A DNA stretch of 63,178 bases, filler included, from Phoronis australis (GCA_002633005.1; 9 parts of 8 records of this genome joined end to end with filler, not necessarily neighbours in it), one strand, 5' to 3'; shown: positions 1-14,628, counted from the whole stretch's first letter. The notes: a model not told the origin generated them from the sequence alone. Numbers and translations: made by a program.

Positions 1-3000
1 CCCTCTCATCTTGTTGGCGGGAGACCTAGTTTAGGGATCTGAGAAGGCCGGCTGGTGAGCAAGGCAGAATGTTATGACGGGATCGAGGAACGGGTTCGCA
101 CTCAACCGCAAAAAAAATATATATAGAAGAACATATTTTTTATGTTTTTATTTTGATGCCCCACACTTGACGCGAGGGAACTGATAGGTGAAGTCAAACC
201 AATTTTAACCCTCCTCATTCCCTGAATTGAATTTTCAGTCACGCGTATTTTTACTAAAACTGTGTTCAACAGACTGAACGGGTTGACGAGTGCCACTTGG
301 ACTCCGTTAGAGTCAATGGTGCATATGGTTGAGTGTGCGGAAGGACCAGGGGCCCGGCCACCGCGAGAGGGCACTCACAATGGCTATACGTGACACTGTA
401 CGTGTGGTTAATAAGTTAGCTGTTTCACTGCTGTAACATTGAGGGCCTGCGCTCCCATGCAGTGAGTTGTGCTTATTGTTGCAAACAGTGTGGGTGGGGC
501 GACGTTCCCCCTCTGGACTGAACATGAAGTACCACCTCCAACACTCACTCACTACCACTAAACTCAATTTAAGTTTGACTTTGTGCAGCAATCGATGTTC
601 GCCCCAGTAGTAGTAGTTTTGCAATCGGATATCCATTTATAAAAAAGGTAAAATCGTGATTTGCAACGCGTGAAATCAATGCCTGGTTGGAGAATGGGTT
701 ACGAATATTTGAGCTCATTGCCCGAAGTGGTTTTATTTGAAAAATGTCAATGATTTGAAATACTTTAAACAAGGGTCAAGGTGAATACCAGCTTGAATGG
801 TAACTCTTGGAGCTAACAGTAGGACAGCGCCCCCTTACACAATTTAATTTCGTTACTAGTCAACAGCCGAGTAACTTAGTAATACAAGAGATGACGTCAT
901 GGATACGTCAGTTTTATCACGGTTTCAAGTCCTTGTTTAAAAGTTTGTGACTGCCCTCACCACCACGCAGTAGCACCCCTGAACTTTTTGACGATCCGTA
1001 TTGTCAGCTGGTGAGGCACAGCCAGTATCACGAATGAACAGTCCGCCGTTGCTCGAGGTAAGCTAAATAGCTTAGGAGTATAAACTTATAAGTGTACAAC
1101 TAAAGCGAGCTTTTGATTTAGACCATTACCGATGCAAAATTGATTTCAACTTGTTCCTTTACGCACAAAATAACGGACTGTTAATTCTTTCGCGGCCTTG
1201 AAATCACCTATTTGACTAAAGAACAATTTGAGACCAATAACAGAATGATAAATGGTCCAAGCCAAAACTTTCAGACAGATGACGGACTAAGAGTCGCTAA
1301 GTTGAAATGTTTACGAACACTTCTCACTTGACCAAAGACCAAAAAATAGCAATGTTAACTTAATCTTTTAGAATTACAATGACTTCAAGATTCGTGGTTA
1401 TAACTATTTCAAGAGAAACCATCATTGGTATGGTGCTCGAAAGTAGCTTATCTCCTATTGTAATCAGACGGCCAGTGCCCTTTCTAAGAAATTGTTGGCA
1501 TGGAAACCGGGTTTAAAGATGGACACGTTACAAAATGACAATAAGAACTTGATGAAACTTTTGCCGCCGTGAAATCTGATTAATGCTCTTGTCAGGTGTT
1601 TCCAAGTAGCACCCAACGATAGCAGCGTATTGTTTTACAGTATCGGCAATTTTAGCAGTCAACGGTATTCAGACAAGTCACCGACAGGGAACGTGAAATT
1701 ATAAGCTTTCATGGCGAGAAGCAACCAGTGGCGGGTTTGTAAACCGTTGTTGAGTTCAAATCTCTTAATATTGCTACGACTTTTGAAAATGACTCAATCG
1801 ATTAAAATTGTCACTAATAACTGTTATACTCCGCAGTTAGGTCATGCTTTATGTCCTCTTTCATTATATGGGCAATGTTCGAGCTTCAGCAAATAAACGT
1901 GATGGCTCGCCGGGCCAGTTGGCTTGATATGAGACCACATCCACATAGGGTCTATATGTGAAAGTTTACTGGCCCGGCCGAAAAATCCACTGGCCCCGGG
2001 CAAAGTCAGCGTGTATTTTGAGCGCTATACATGGGGTACAATTCTATCTCTTGGTATGAAAAAGGGTCGCGTTTTTCGTTTTGGCCTGGTATAAGTATCC
2101 ACCCACGGTTCAAGTTGGAAACCCAGCTACAACCCCGCCACCTATCCAGGTACAGCCCCGCCAAATCCAGGGTTTCCTGCACAAGTTGTCACCACAGTGC
2201 ACAAAAACTTGAAGTGTAATTTTAAAACTTGATATCACTGAAGTAAAGTTGGCCAAAATGTACGAAGAAAAGAGAGTAGCGGACGGTTGCGACCATGACC
2301 TTTATTGGTTGAGATGCTCAGTTGGCATTCATGAAACAGGGTATTAGTGCAATAAGTTTAGTACCTCGCTAGGCCTATACAAGCAAGACTTCACGAGATT
2401 GAGAGAGATATTCCCGTATATTTTAAATGAAAGCAGGTGATTTTGGTCGCATGGTTTTCAGTCTAACCGCGAGACACCTACTGAACTCTACTCGGGTAAG
2501 CGTAATCAAGGTACGTCTTCATGATACACGAGCACAGGACATGTGTTCACACTTCTTATTTCACTCTTCACAATGAAAACAAATTGATGACTGGGCTCCT
2601 GACAGTTAGGAGTCCAGCACAGAGGGGGGAGGGTTGGTGGTGTTCGCCGTTAACAAAATCCAATGTTTGTAACACTAACGTAGTCCAGTCGATGACTGGA
2701 AACATTCCCCTCAAAAGAAAGATTATCATTGACATCAGCTTGGTTTGGTTTTCATTCACAGTTCTAACTTCCCGCCGACGAAAATGTAGTTATTTCAAGT
2801 CAACAAATCACGAACAGTTGCCGGAGGCGTCAAAAGTTTGGTTACCTGTTCACGTTTACGTTGGAAGTATTTCACACAGACACTAGAAATGTGTCTGTCG
2901 TAACTGAGATGCTACGCGCTCAGTTAGCCACACGAAATTGCCAGTGCCTTTGAGCACACAGTTTTATGCGTGTATATCTGATGGAGACTTGAACTGTGAC

Positions 3001-6000
3001 TCGAAGACATTTCGATCGCCTGTTTAGTAGTAGGCCTAAAATAAAATATCAAATCATCTCTTTATTTTATTGAGATGATTACAGAAACGTGTGTTTAAAG
3101 GTAGGAACTACACAAAACACAAAACCAAGAAAAAGAAACATTATTATGAGAGCGAAAAACGTTCCTGGAAATTTGTAATCCCGTGCGTTCTCGTAGCATT
3201 GGTGACGTAGTGAGGCAAACAGCAAAACAAGCGATGACGTCATGATTACATTTTGTCATGGTTTCAGGCATTGGAAATGCTGGCCGGCGGCAACAGTTGT
3301 CACCCCCAACAGCCGGCATCGTGAGAGAACAGTTCTTGCACGAAGTAAGTAGAGTAAAGAGTAGGTTAGATGTCTAGTTAAAGTTGGAACCTAAAAGATG
3401 GATAAAATAATCGCGACATTTATGTTCTAGGTTACCACAAAGTCAAGGATCACGGTAGCCATGACTGGAGTGCTTCACGTAAGGGACCGTTCTCCAGTAT
3501 GTATTAATGTGGTATTTTTGGTTGTCGTTAAAACATGTTTCCCACATTTTTATTGAATGTGTGACGGAATTNGGCTGGAGTGTTTCACGTAAGTGACCGT
3601 TCTCCAAACATTCTGGTAAGTCAACCATTAACTTTATTCTTTCACGGAGTATTTTAAAATTTCATTAATAGTACGATCCAAAGTTCGCCGATAAAATGTC
3701 TGTCGTCATCAAGTATACCGATATGTCATAATATATTTGCAGGTGTCGTTTTCAACACCTTTCATCCACAACACGAGTGCGTCTGACAATGCCAACGTCA
3801 ACGGAGAACGCATCGATGTAATACTTCAAGCAAGTAGTATGTCTCCAATCAGGAATGCTATTGGAAAACATTAATTTCGTTTCGTTTTCATCAAGTATCT
3901 GAAGATGGGAAGCAGTACAAATAAAAGAACTATAAAATGTTCACCGCCGTCGTAAAACTGACGTAAACGCTTAACAGATTTTTAATATCTATGTTTCACA
4001 ACAGGAGCGTGTTTAACAAGTCTCTGCAGTACAATAGCTACCAGTTTTCTCCATCAACATGGGGCGTGTTCTCAGGCCGAAAATAATTAGGCACTAGCTT
4101 GAGAATTATCTGATTACATGTTTTAATTGCTTAATTTAAAACAAGTAAATGTAAATAATTATATTTTAATTATGTGCCTTTTTATTTTTTATTTGGTTTT
4201 CCCATTGACGACCCTGAAGGACAAATAGAATAAAGTACAACAAAAAGTTTTAATATATGATCGATCATGTCACTGTGCTCTATTTCAGTACAAAAGTTTC
4301 CTCGACTCCACAATTAGGAAATTAACACCAACGTTAGAAGACCCAGGAGACACGAAGGAGAAGGTTACACAGTAAGTAGCTATTGTATTTGTTGACTGAA
4401 TGAGGAAGTTAGTAAGTCATACAATCTCTATTTCTGTGGAAGCTCTAATAATAGGCAAGAGTCACGCAATTCACAACATTGTACTTTTCATTTTAGATGT
4501 CTTAGATAGACGAAATGTCATCTTGGACAGAACACACGTCTGGCGCTACTAGTTCTTTGAAAGAACAAAGCATCGTGGTACAAACTTGCAAGCTGTTCTA
4601 CAGTAAACGGGTGTAATGAGGTTGGTATCCAATATAATATTGTGACAGAAAGCAAAGAAAATAATGAGATTTAAAATTAATACTGATAACATTTTTCTTT
4701 TTTTACTTTAAAGGGATATTTATAGTTGTCCACAAAACTTCTCATTTTTGCAACGTTGATAATTTACTGATGCCAACGTTCTTTTTAATGTATACGACGT
4801 GTTATTTTGAAACTAGTTGTTTTATGGAATCTATGCCATTTTATTTCACTTCAAGTTCTGCTCGTGTTCCGTTTTCAAACAATTGACCTTCAGAATGAAA
4901 GCGTGTTCCTATAAATTAATGAAATGCGTCGCTACACAGGGTGGCCCAAAAGTAAAACGCCACTCTATATTGAAAGTGTACGTACTGGGCTCATGAATAT
5001 TTATGAAAAGTACTTAAGACGACATTTATATTTACTTTTCTTCTGTCTTTTTGTGCATTGAAAAACTTTATTTTGAAAAGTTATAATTTTCATGAACTTT
5101 ATAAAACAGCCACTCATAAGGGCTTGTGCCCATTTCTCCAAGCTGAAAAGATGCAAGGAATATCGCTTAATTTGTGAATGGAAAGAAATAAACAAAGTTA
5201 ACAGTGGAGACGAATGTCACCTTCACTGACTTCTTGAAAACATTTACACAAATTTGTGTTACCTAATTTCACCAGCAGCCATATACTCCGTCGCTCGGGA
5301 TCGTTGACCTCTACAAAGTAATTTTAAGTTGTATGTTTGGGGCTTTAATATTGTAACATGCTGGCTTAGCGGGGAGCACGTGTCCCCTGTAACTTGCAAG
5401 TGCCAGGATGAAGCCATGGCGACCGCCATAGACACATGACAGGGGACAGAAGGCAGTCGAAAAAAGAAAGACACGTCGAAATATGTAGAAGAGAGAAACT
5501 TTAAGAGACTATTTGTCAACGGACATTGTTGCATTTACCCTTTGAGGGCCCTAGCTAAGACGTTATTTATTAGGGGTAGGGGTATTTTTGCATTTTGCAG
5601 TGTAGATTGCCTAAGCGTCTGTTAAAACGTTTTCCTAACAATATATATTTCGAAAAAATCGATTTGCTTAGATTTTCCAGGACAAATTAATTCACACTCC
5701 ACTCTGGCAAGGTATAATGGAGCCATCTGTCCCTCTCTTTCGCCCTATCACTTGCTATAGACAATTAGAAACTAATCTTAGATGCAGGTTGAACTTTCCG
5801 AAAAACCTGTTTCTTCCTACCAGCAAACTGAACCAGAAGATGAAATCGGTGTTGACGTGAATTTTGCCGTCAGTTAATGAAATTCAACCGGTTCTGCCTC
5901 ATTTGCCAACCAGAGAGGTGGGAGGGGGACCATAGAACTACACTCTTTCAAAGTGTACGTTCAAACCACAACCCTAATAAAGTGAAAATTCCCAAACTGG

Positions 6001-9000
6001 GACGGCTAACCGATTGTATTTTGAGCTTTGGCCGTATTTTCACCTTCCAAAATAGAGGAAATTATAAGCGAAGCTTCCAAGACGACGTTTGAAGTTTCCA
6101 AGGTGACGTTCCATCTACTATACTTCTCAATTCCAATTCGATGCAATTTCTCTCCGAATGTCTCTGAATTTCACAGCCCGCGATAGGAGTTTTTAAAATT
6201 ACTTTCATAGCTTTAAAAGAGTGGTTTTGGCAGTACATTTTTTGGCAAACTAATAAATTGAATTGCGAAAATAATCCCTTAACATATCAAAATCATACCT
6301 TAATCGCGAGATGTGTGCATTGTATTCAAGTCTAGAAAGTGCCCCTTTCTCGCGAAATGTTGAAACATGGGTACCCAAGTTTTTGATGGCTGCCTCCCCC
6401 GCCTGAGTTCTGCCCCCCAAATACCAAAAGTCCGCAACCCTATGACGGGTGGTAGGAAGTTGGCGATGACCAGAGGAAAGTGGAAGTGTTGACGATAGGA
6501 AAGAACCTGAAATTAGGGCTCACAAAGGTGGCAAAAATCTGCCGTAGTCAAATTAGTTTGTGTCCCGCAACCGTGTCTACCTTCCTTGCTCTGAGGCTTG
6601 ACATATGATCTGGTATTGAGATATCGACGAACAACGAATTTTCGTCTTCCTCCAGGAAAATTGAACTCCAAATATGTTGACAAGGGTACAATTTCTGGCA
6701 CCCAAGTGGATACCATCCAGAGGATTTAACTCATTTGCGTAATAAAAGTTACAATTACACACTTGCATGATAAATAAACGTAAGCAACCGACTACTCATC
6801 GCAATGGCAAAGAATCACTGAGGGCACACTCCAGATCGGAAAAGTGGGCAAATCCATTTTTGATGTGTGCACATTTCAAAATCTACAGAAATTAAACTCT
6901 TGCAGGTATAGCAGATTTAGGGTCGGTCAACCCAATAAACTCTAAAGCATTGTCTTCAGTCGCGGATTGTCTCGATGTTCTTGTTGGTTACAGAAGTAGA
7001 ATCATATCGAGGCAAGAAATATTATGAGAGTAAAAGGCCATATTCGATTTTTCTTTTCAACCCTTTGTAACAGGGAAAAACAAAGCTAAACGAGAAAAAA
7101 GTGTATGGAACGCAGTGTAATTGTAAATCGAATAACTACCTCAATGAATTCCGATCAAACAACTCATATTTTGTTATTGAAAACTCCTAAGGAAAAAAGA
7201 AGCGAAATTTTTCATCATTCCGTCGCCAATTTCACTGCAAACTTGAAGTCTATTTTGTAAAACAAAGAACTACTTCAAGTTAACGTAGAACACTTGAAAT
7301 CTACTCAGAATGTGTCGGTAATCATATCAAACTACAATGTATTTAACTGCTTCCCACCGTTCGCTTTTTTTCTACACACACAAAAACGGCTTGAACAAGA
7401 AAATAGGGTACCCATCAAGACATGCTCGAATAGATTTTCTATTAGTTACTTGAGTAACGCTTGATTAGGCCATCTTTAACGTTGAACAATATATACGAGC
7501 TTTCGATGACTGCCAATCAGAAACTTTCCTATTGCGACTGGATTTTTGAAAGAAATAAATGAAGCAAATTTTTTTGCCGATGCGCCGCCAGTTTGTCACT
7601 GACAAAAGTACCGATGGTAAAACGGCCTCGTCCACGAGTGGGCTCGTTTGAAACTGTCACAAAACATGCTGTGGAAATCGACGACATTTCGTGAGACCAC
7701 TCAAAAATAGCTTTATAGGGACAATTTACGAGAAAGGGGTGTATAACATGGTTGATGACCGATATTAAAGATAATGGCATTTCTGTTTCGTCTGAAAAGA
7801 CCGCATGAGATTACATAGGAAGATAACCGCACTGCATCTAAGGAAGAAAATATACGTTACTATTGGCTTATGAAGTAGAATCCTAATCGATGTGTGTCGG
7901 CCTTAACGTGAGTGCTCTAACAGTTAATGGCAGCAGCGGCAAAAAGAAATTTGGAGGGAATTATACTGAATTCAGCTAGCATGACAACTTGTGCCTTTTT
8001 ACGTCATGTAAGTATTAGGCGAGCTTTTGGTCATTATCACCCTCATTCGATGGAATGTTCGTCATTTTCAGTACGACGTTGCAATGTATACGTAGTAATG
8101 TCACCCGGAAATGGGCGAACTTCGTATCGAATGAGCATAGCTATAATTTATGATGAAATCAAGAAACAAAACAAACGACGACGTCATGTTGACGTTTTGT
8201 CACGGTTTCGTGCTGCCAAATCAAACTGACTTGGGGGGAATTAGCGTCGTGGAAGAGGTGCACGATGTAAGTACAAGAAAGAATACTTTGAATGCCTGTT
8301 ATACTTTTAAAACCAGACAACAAAAATAATGAATAACGTATACTTTTTAGGTTATCAAACTGTTCAAGAGCCATGATTATCAGGAGCGGTAAAAATAACT
8401 ACGGTCACTGGAATGTTGTTTCAAGTAAGTGAAAAATATATAGTAGAGGCTCTTTGGTAAATTCATTAAACTATTCAAACCAAATTCTTTCTTGATTGAG
8501 TATTTGAAGTTATTAATGGGGACAGACTAAGTTGGAAGTATCCGTCATCGTCCATTTAACTAAAATTTTCTTGAGTAGCTCAGTTGTTTCACAAGACTTG
8601 GCATCGCAACAGCTGAAAACATCACTAGGCAACTGGGAAGAAATACTTATTATATCGTTCTTGAGTAAAAATTCCTGCTGTCTGTTCGCAAGATCACGAT
8701 CGGCAAATAAAACGTCACTCTAGCAAGTCAACCTGTGGATCTCTATCTCGAGCAATGACGAACTATCAGTCCTCTGTAAGCCTCACACTTAAGGTACAAT
8801 TTGAAACTAATTTCTAAGTGCTCTACGCCAAAGATTGTTTGTGTGTCGGCAGACTGGTTTATTGCCACTGTGTTTTCGTTAATATCTGACATTACCGCTG
8901 GTGCGTGCCAAAATTCGATGAAGTGTCTGTCGTAACCCAAATGATCGAAATGTTAGTACGTGTATTTTTCAGGTGCCATTTCAAACACGGGCTCCTTAAC

Positions 9001-10859
9001 CGGACTCGGCATTGTCATATTCAGCAACCGTCTTTCACCTTCACCGGGCTTTGACAAGGATAAGGTAATCCTTTGACTAGTTACAGCAAACTTTTTGATT
9101 GTTAGAAATTGCTACACTCAATAGATAAAATAATCAAAATAAAGTAGCTGAGAATAAATACGTTGGTATGTCATTGTTCTAACTTTCTAGTACAGATTCC
9201 TCTCACAAGATGTTGCCAACGCCATGTTTCCAATGGGAGAGCGAGCAACATGAGATAATCATCCCTGAGGGAAGTATCCGTAAGTAGCTTAAAGCGTGCA
9301 TTAGATTTCTAGTTAAAGGTTGGAATTAAAAGAAAAAATAGAATAAATCAAGAATTGATATTGATGTTTTAAAATGACATTATCGGAAAGAAAATGATTT
9401 TATGAGAATAGTCCCAGCGGCAGCATCCAAATCGCCTGCCATTGAGGTACTTTAAATTGATTTAAGTGGAAGAGTATTTTAATTAAGTGTATAGTCAAAT
9501 GACCTGCGTTGATTATCGACAGTAAATCTCTGGTAGACAACGGCCATAATTGCCCATTTATTATGAAATCCAAAAAACAAAACGAATTTTATTGTTTAAT
9601 TGTTTTATAGCTCTGGTCAAAGCTAGCAACTTCAAGAAGTGTATCCCACAAAAATACCAAAATGCGTTTTTCGGCAGTAAAAACCATAATGTACATGTAA
9701 GTTACTAAGAAAGTCGGTGTCATAAAAGCTATGGATAGTGGTTGCAATCGCTGTAATGTATCACGGAAAAGGCAGATCTCCAACAACGGATCCCTAGTAA
9801 AAATATACAACATGTTAAAAACTGATTATTCAATGCTTAGTCTATACTTTATTTTTGTCAACAATCTGAGGTAAATTTTAGTGGTGAAAACCTAAGATCG
9901 AGAGAGTGTATGACGTCATCCGAACAACCGGTATACTTTGCAGGATCGTTTGGAACACTCGTCACTAACCACGAAATCGTTTGAAAAGACTTGGTCCCGC
10001 AACAGCCATTGACTCTCTTAGTACACTGATCAAATGAGTGCGGGTAACCTTAGGCATTGAGGAGAAAGAGATAATGGTTTGTACATTGTATAGTTGTTGG
10101 CTACATGCTTTGATACACGGAAGTTTTTACATTTTTGAAAAAACAGACTTCTTGAGACCACGCATAGGACCCGTCTATCACCATAAGAAGATAAAGACAC
10201 GCTGGAAAGGAGGAAAAGCTATGTGAGGGAATCAGTGCTTGTAAACGCCACAGCTCCGTCATTTTAGCCAAGCTTGCGATCTTTCTTCAAATATCACAGA
10301 GACGCTTGCAACCTAGTTTTTAACGACTTGTCTTGTCATTTCAGCCACAACAGTCTCCTCATTTTTGGCTTTCATTGGCTGTAGATAGTTTATGACTACT
10401 GATTGACAAACTTCACGGCCGTGGCTATTCTCTCCGTCGTTCAACACCAAAGCAGTCAATCGCATCACTGAAGCTGCATTCAGAAGAGAAACACGCACCA
10501 TTTGTTGATATCAAGTGGATTTTTTTTTCTTAAATTGAACAACTAAAAATATCACATCCATTTTCAATAAAATATACATGGCAGAACCAGCTATGAGTTT
10601 TAAAGCCTATTACTTTATTTCAAGTCGATGTTGTTACTTCATCACTAGTGTCATGTGATGCTATTTTTATTACAGAAATCCCAAACGAAATGCCAACATG
10701 AACTGGAAAAAAGTACCATCATTACAGAATCCCACAACCAGTTCGCCAGGCAAACGATGTCACGAGGCAGGTAATTGAGATTTATGCCAAAATATCTGAA
10801 GAGATGCAGGTATATCTATTTATAGTCTTGACAACGTGATGATGTTGATATGCAAATTT

Positions 10860-11355
10860 TCAGTGCTGCGGTGTATGAATGTATTGCCATCGTTGCGACA
10901 AATGGTTTAAATACTCTTAATTTACTTACACATTTTGTAATCAAATGCCAGAAACTTTGATGCACTTATTTGTATATTTTAAGTACACCAGAACCTTCTG
11001 GGACGATGTTTTCGAATTTTACTTTAGTGATAGCGAATGTTCTTTTTGGAATTAACAACACATATTCATCTACAAATTTATTTTTGGTTCTAGCGAAATA
11101 TTAGGTATACTGTCCATGATGGGGGGTTACCATCTGGTAATGCTTTTGCGAATATTTGAAAAGAGTATTATCTCACAGAGAAATATATTTTTAGAAACAT
11201 AGACAGTTTGATAGATTTAGAAATAGATGGTTACAATTTGCTCACATTATTGAAGATTAAGCGACCATTGAGTGAGTGCATGCGTGCGTGTACGTATGTG
11301 TTCATTGTTACTTACATTGTAATATTGCATTTTGATGATAAATGTATTTAAAAAA
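10860..11355 (+). mobile_element. Degenerate 5'-truncated L1/Tx1-clade non-LTR retrotransposon 3' end
   Basis: Fragments translate as IVATNGL, YTFCNQMPETLMHLFVYFKYTRTFWDDV, NLFLVLAKY*VYC and TEKYI...RNRW, resembling the L1/Tx1 ORF2 C-terminal CxxC...ET..HLF..C...FW region. Followed by a GT-rich tail and a short A run. Stops and frameshifts present. Confidence 0.6.
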
Positions 11356-14300
11356 TACTGGAAGAGGGAGCCACTTCAAAAGCAGCTCTTACAATAAACA
11401 TGAATTTGCTTGTTTTGGTTGAAAGAAATATCAGCGACCTCGCTTAACTCGTCCCCTTTGGCACCGCGAAAATGCGACGACTTATAAGAGTGACGACTCA
11501 TATTTCAGTCTTCGTTTTGACGACGTAAGTGTGATATACTTGTACTTACTGATAATGCGATGATGGTCGTTTATATCAATTTCTACATCATCGATTTCTA
11601 ATGATTAGCAAGTGTAGTTTGATAAATTCAGATAAAGGTCGTTTTCGTCATCATTTATATATCAAATGTAGTTTCATTGTAAATGGAAGCTTAACTAATA
11701 AACATTCTTCAGAGACTGGGTTAGATCTATCGAGTCTAATATTTGATATTTCATTTTTATAGGAGTGAAATTTGACAGTTCGTTGCAACATCTCTTGTTG
11801 CCAGCGCTACTTTGCATGAGCTTAAACTCTCACGATCATATTTGTTGAAAATAAGCATGACAACACAAGTCAATTGGTGACAACTTACCTGAAAGTGTTT
11901 GCATATTCATGTCGGATAGATTCGCTTTTGAGACACGAGTTAAGCGAACACGACCACTTAAACACGTGTACTTAACCGTGAACATTTACATGTTAATAAA
12001 TAAGCCTGATAAGCGTGTAAAAGGAACTAAGAACATGCGATGACTTCTACAGACGGACGAATTATGCGATGAAGAGTTAAGCGAGGTGGCTTGTATTCAT
12101 GATTATCTGCAGTTTGACTGAATTTAGGATTTTCAGCGTTTTAGAATTACCTGTATTGATGACCGGAGTGTTTACTTTTGAAGCCATTATATGAGTGAGA
12201 CGTACTTCGTTGGTCAGCGATAGAGCATGTTAATTTGGAAATAGCTTTTTACTTAAATACATTTAAATCAACATTGAATTATATTGTAAAACTTCAGATC
12301 GAATTATACCGGTATTGTTTCTTAAACACCAAACTTTGCTTATTAGAACGACAATAAACTCGAGTTTCGCTGAAGAAGCTAACTTTTGATTTCGATCAAT
12401 AGAACCACTGTAAAATTGGTCTTAACTTGTTCCTTAGTGATATGATAAGTGGTCTTTGGTCTTTCAAAGAACTGACAGTTCGTCATTATCGGTTCCGTGG
12501 TCGGGAATAAAAATTACACTTATTGACAAATCGAACTGTAGAATTTAATCTCAAGCAATATGGAGTTGTCAGTTCTTTCGCAAGCCCCAACACCACATCT
12601 ACTTTAATTAATTTGAGACCAATTTCATAAAGCAATGTGGCTTTATAACAGTTTGAAAATGTATATGAAAAATACAGGGTATTGTGTTCCGATCGTCGTG
12701 CCGATTTGATTGTATCCTTGAATAACAATGTTTTTTCTTTCCAGGGGAATATATTGTGTCCTCAAACTGACGCGTTTAATCGAACGTCAAGTGCTTTGTA
12801 TGCGCTGATTTTTTGCCCGATATTTCACGAATCTTCCGTATCTTTTTGATCTTTTTCATTTGTTGAACTCAACGTGGGTTTTGGTTTTTGAACCGCGGGA
12901 ATTCATATCGCTAATTACTCACTCATTTGTATAATGTGTCCTCATTTTGTTGCGGGGACTTATAAGCACTTCATGAAGACTATGACTAGCATCATTTGGC
13001 AAAGAACTCTTAGTATGTGCAATTTCTGATGACCAACGCGCTGTTGTGATACAGAAACACATTGTCAAAAAGTTAGTCATGTTGGAAAATGAATCAACAA
13101 ATCACTAGCACATGAATTGTCAACCGACTTCACCTTCAACCTCATCTCCTTCACAATTTTCCTGTTTCGTAATAATTCACTCAAGCCACAGGTCATGTTA
13201 GTTTATCAATAAGACAAAGCATGTGCAGCACCGCAAAATATTGCCTCTTCAAAGCTTCGAGCTGAACACACATACATTGAGCTCCATATCTGGATATTTT
13301 GGAGACAATTATTTTCACGTTTTGTCCTTCTGTAATTGTGTAATTGTTAAGAACGTCCCTCACTTGGTCTCTCCCTCCAACACCTCGTAAAGAACTGCCG
13401 CGATAAAAGAAACTGCTTCAAGGTACTCTGCTGGCAGCGTCCAGTGAACGGAGAGGCGACTCTACCTAGAGAAGCTAACCCAATTCCTTCCACCTTCACC
13501 ACACCCACCAACTCAACATCACCACCATCATGTCCCCTTCCTGTAACACCATCCTACCCCCACCGGAACCACTCCACTACCACCAAAACCTCACCACAAC
13601 CACTTTCGACATATTCCTAGTTCATTGTGCTTCCCCCTGCTTATCCGAGTAGACAGATATCCTTGCTCAGTTATCCCTATCTGTTGAAGATATTCTCAAA
13701 ACTAAAATGAAAGCCATCCTGTTTAAGGTAAAATCTCGATTGCTTGTTCAAACAGTAAATCTAAAATTTAAATGTTTCAATGTTTGGCTTTCTGTATTTT
13801 CTGTTTTCCACATCTTTTTTCGAGTAAGTGCAGATCAATAGAAAATTGACATTCAATAGTCTGACGTTCTTTTTTGCTGGTCTAACTAGACCGTTGCATT
13901 TGCACCGCTTTGCTAAGTACGTCATTGGCTTGGTCTCTCCTTCCAACGCCAACGTTTAGTATAGACCTTTCATTACCACCAATTCTATTTTCAGGCACTC
14001 CACTGGCAGCCTCCAGTGAAAGGGAGTAGCGACCCTTCCTAGAGGAGCTGACACCGATCCCCTGAAATTACATGAAACACGTCCACCTCCTTCATATCTA
14101 CCACGCCACCATCATGTCCTCACCCGTAGCACCACCACCTCTATTCCCACTACTGCCACCCCACCAGTTCCTGAACTAAGTTGTGAGAGTGAGACGATTC
14201 AGCAAATGCAAGAACACAACTAATGCCCAAAACACCACAAATGCCCAGAGTACCACCATTGGCTTCACCACAATTTCCACCAGGAATCTCCTCACTAGCC

Positions 14301-14628
14301 CCCATCACCCACAACCACATAATCAGGCCATCCCACTATCATCGAAGCGTTTTTGTGAAAGGGGAACAACTTGGTAAGCTCTCAAAACACCACCATCGCC
14401 ATGTTAACCTTTTCCATGATCACCATAACTACAATCATCATTGCCACTCAAACCAAATTATTTTTATATTCACATGTCTTCTTCCCTTAACCCTAACACT
14501 ACCCCCATCATAACCTCTCCACTATCACCAAAACCTCACCACAGCCACCATTGACACAATCCAAGTCCATTGCACATCTCTTTGCTTATTTGTTAGACAG
14601 ATATCGTAGCTCGATTAGCCCTGTCTGN

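Noticed and set aside
1-110. HDV-like ribozyme on the minus strand (contains UUCCUCG)
   Set aside because: No flanking P3 helix or matching P1 strands found.
1905-6445. Isolated transposon-like termini (~1905-2026 hAT-like, ~4934 Tc1-like, ~6340-6442)
   Set aside because: Could not locate partner TIRs or target duplications, so not annotated.
102-12728. Short 60-120 aa ORFs from the ORF track
   Set aside because: No recognisable domains; lengths as expected by chance.
13991-14061. Array core as a hammerhead or HDV-like ribozyme
   Set aside because: It has stem-GAAA-stem-UH topology but UACUCC replaces CUGAUGA. An HDV-like fold lacks a clean P1/P3 and the GG of J1/4.
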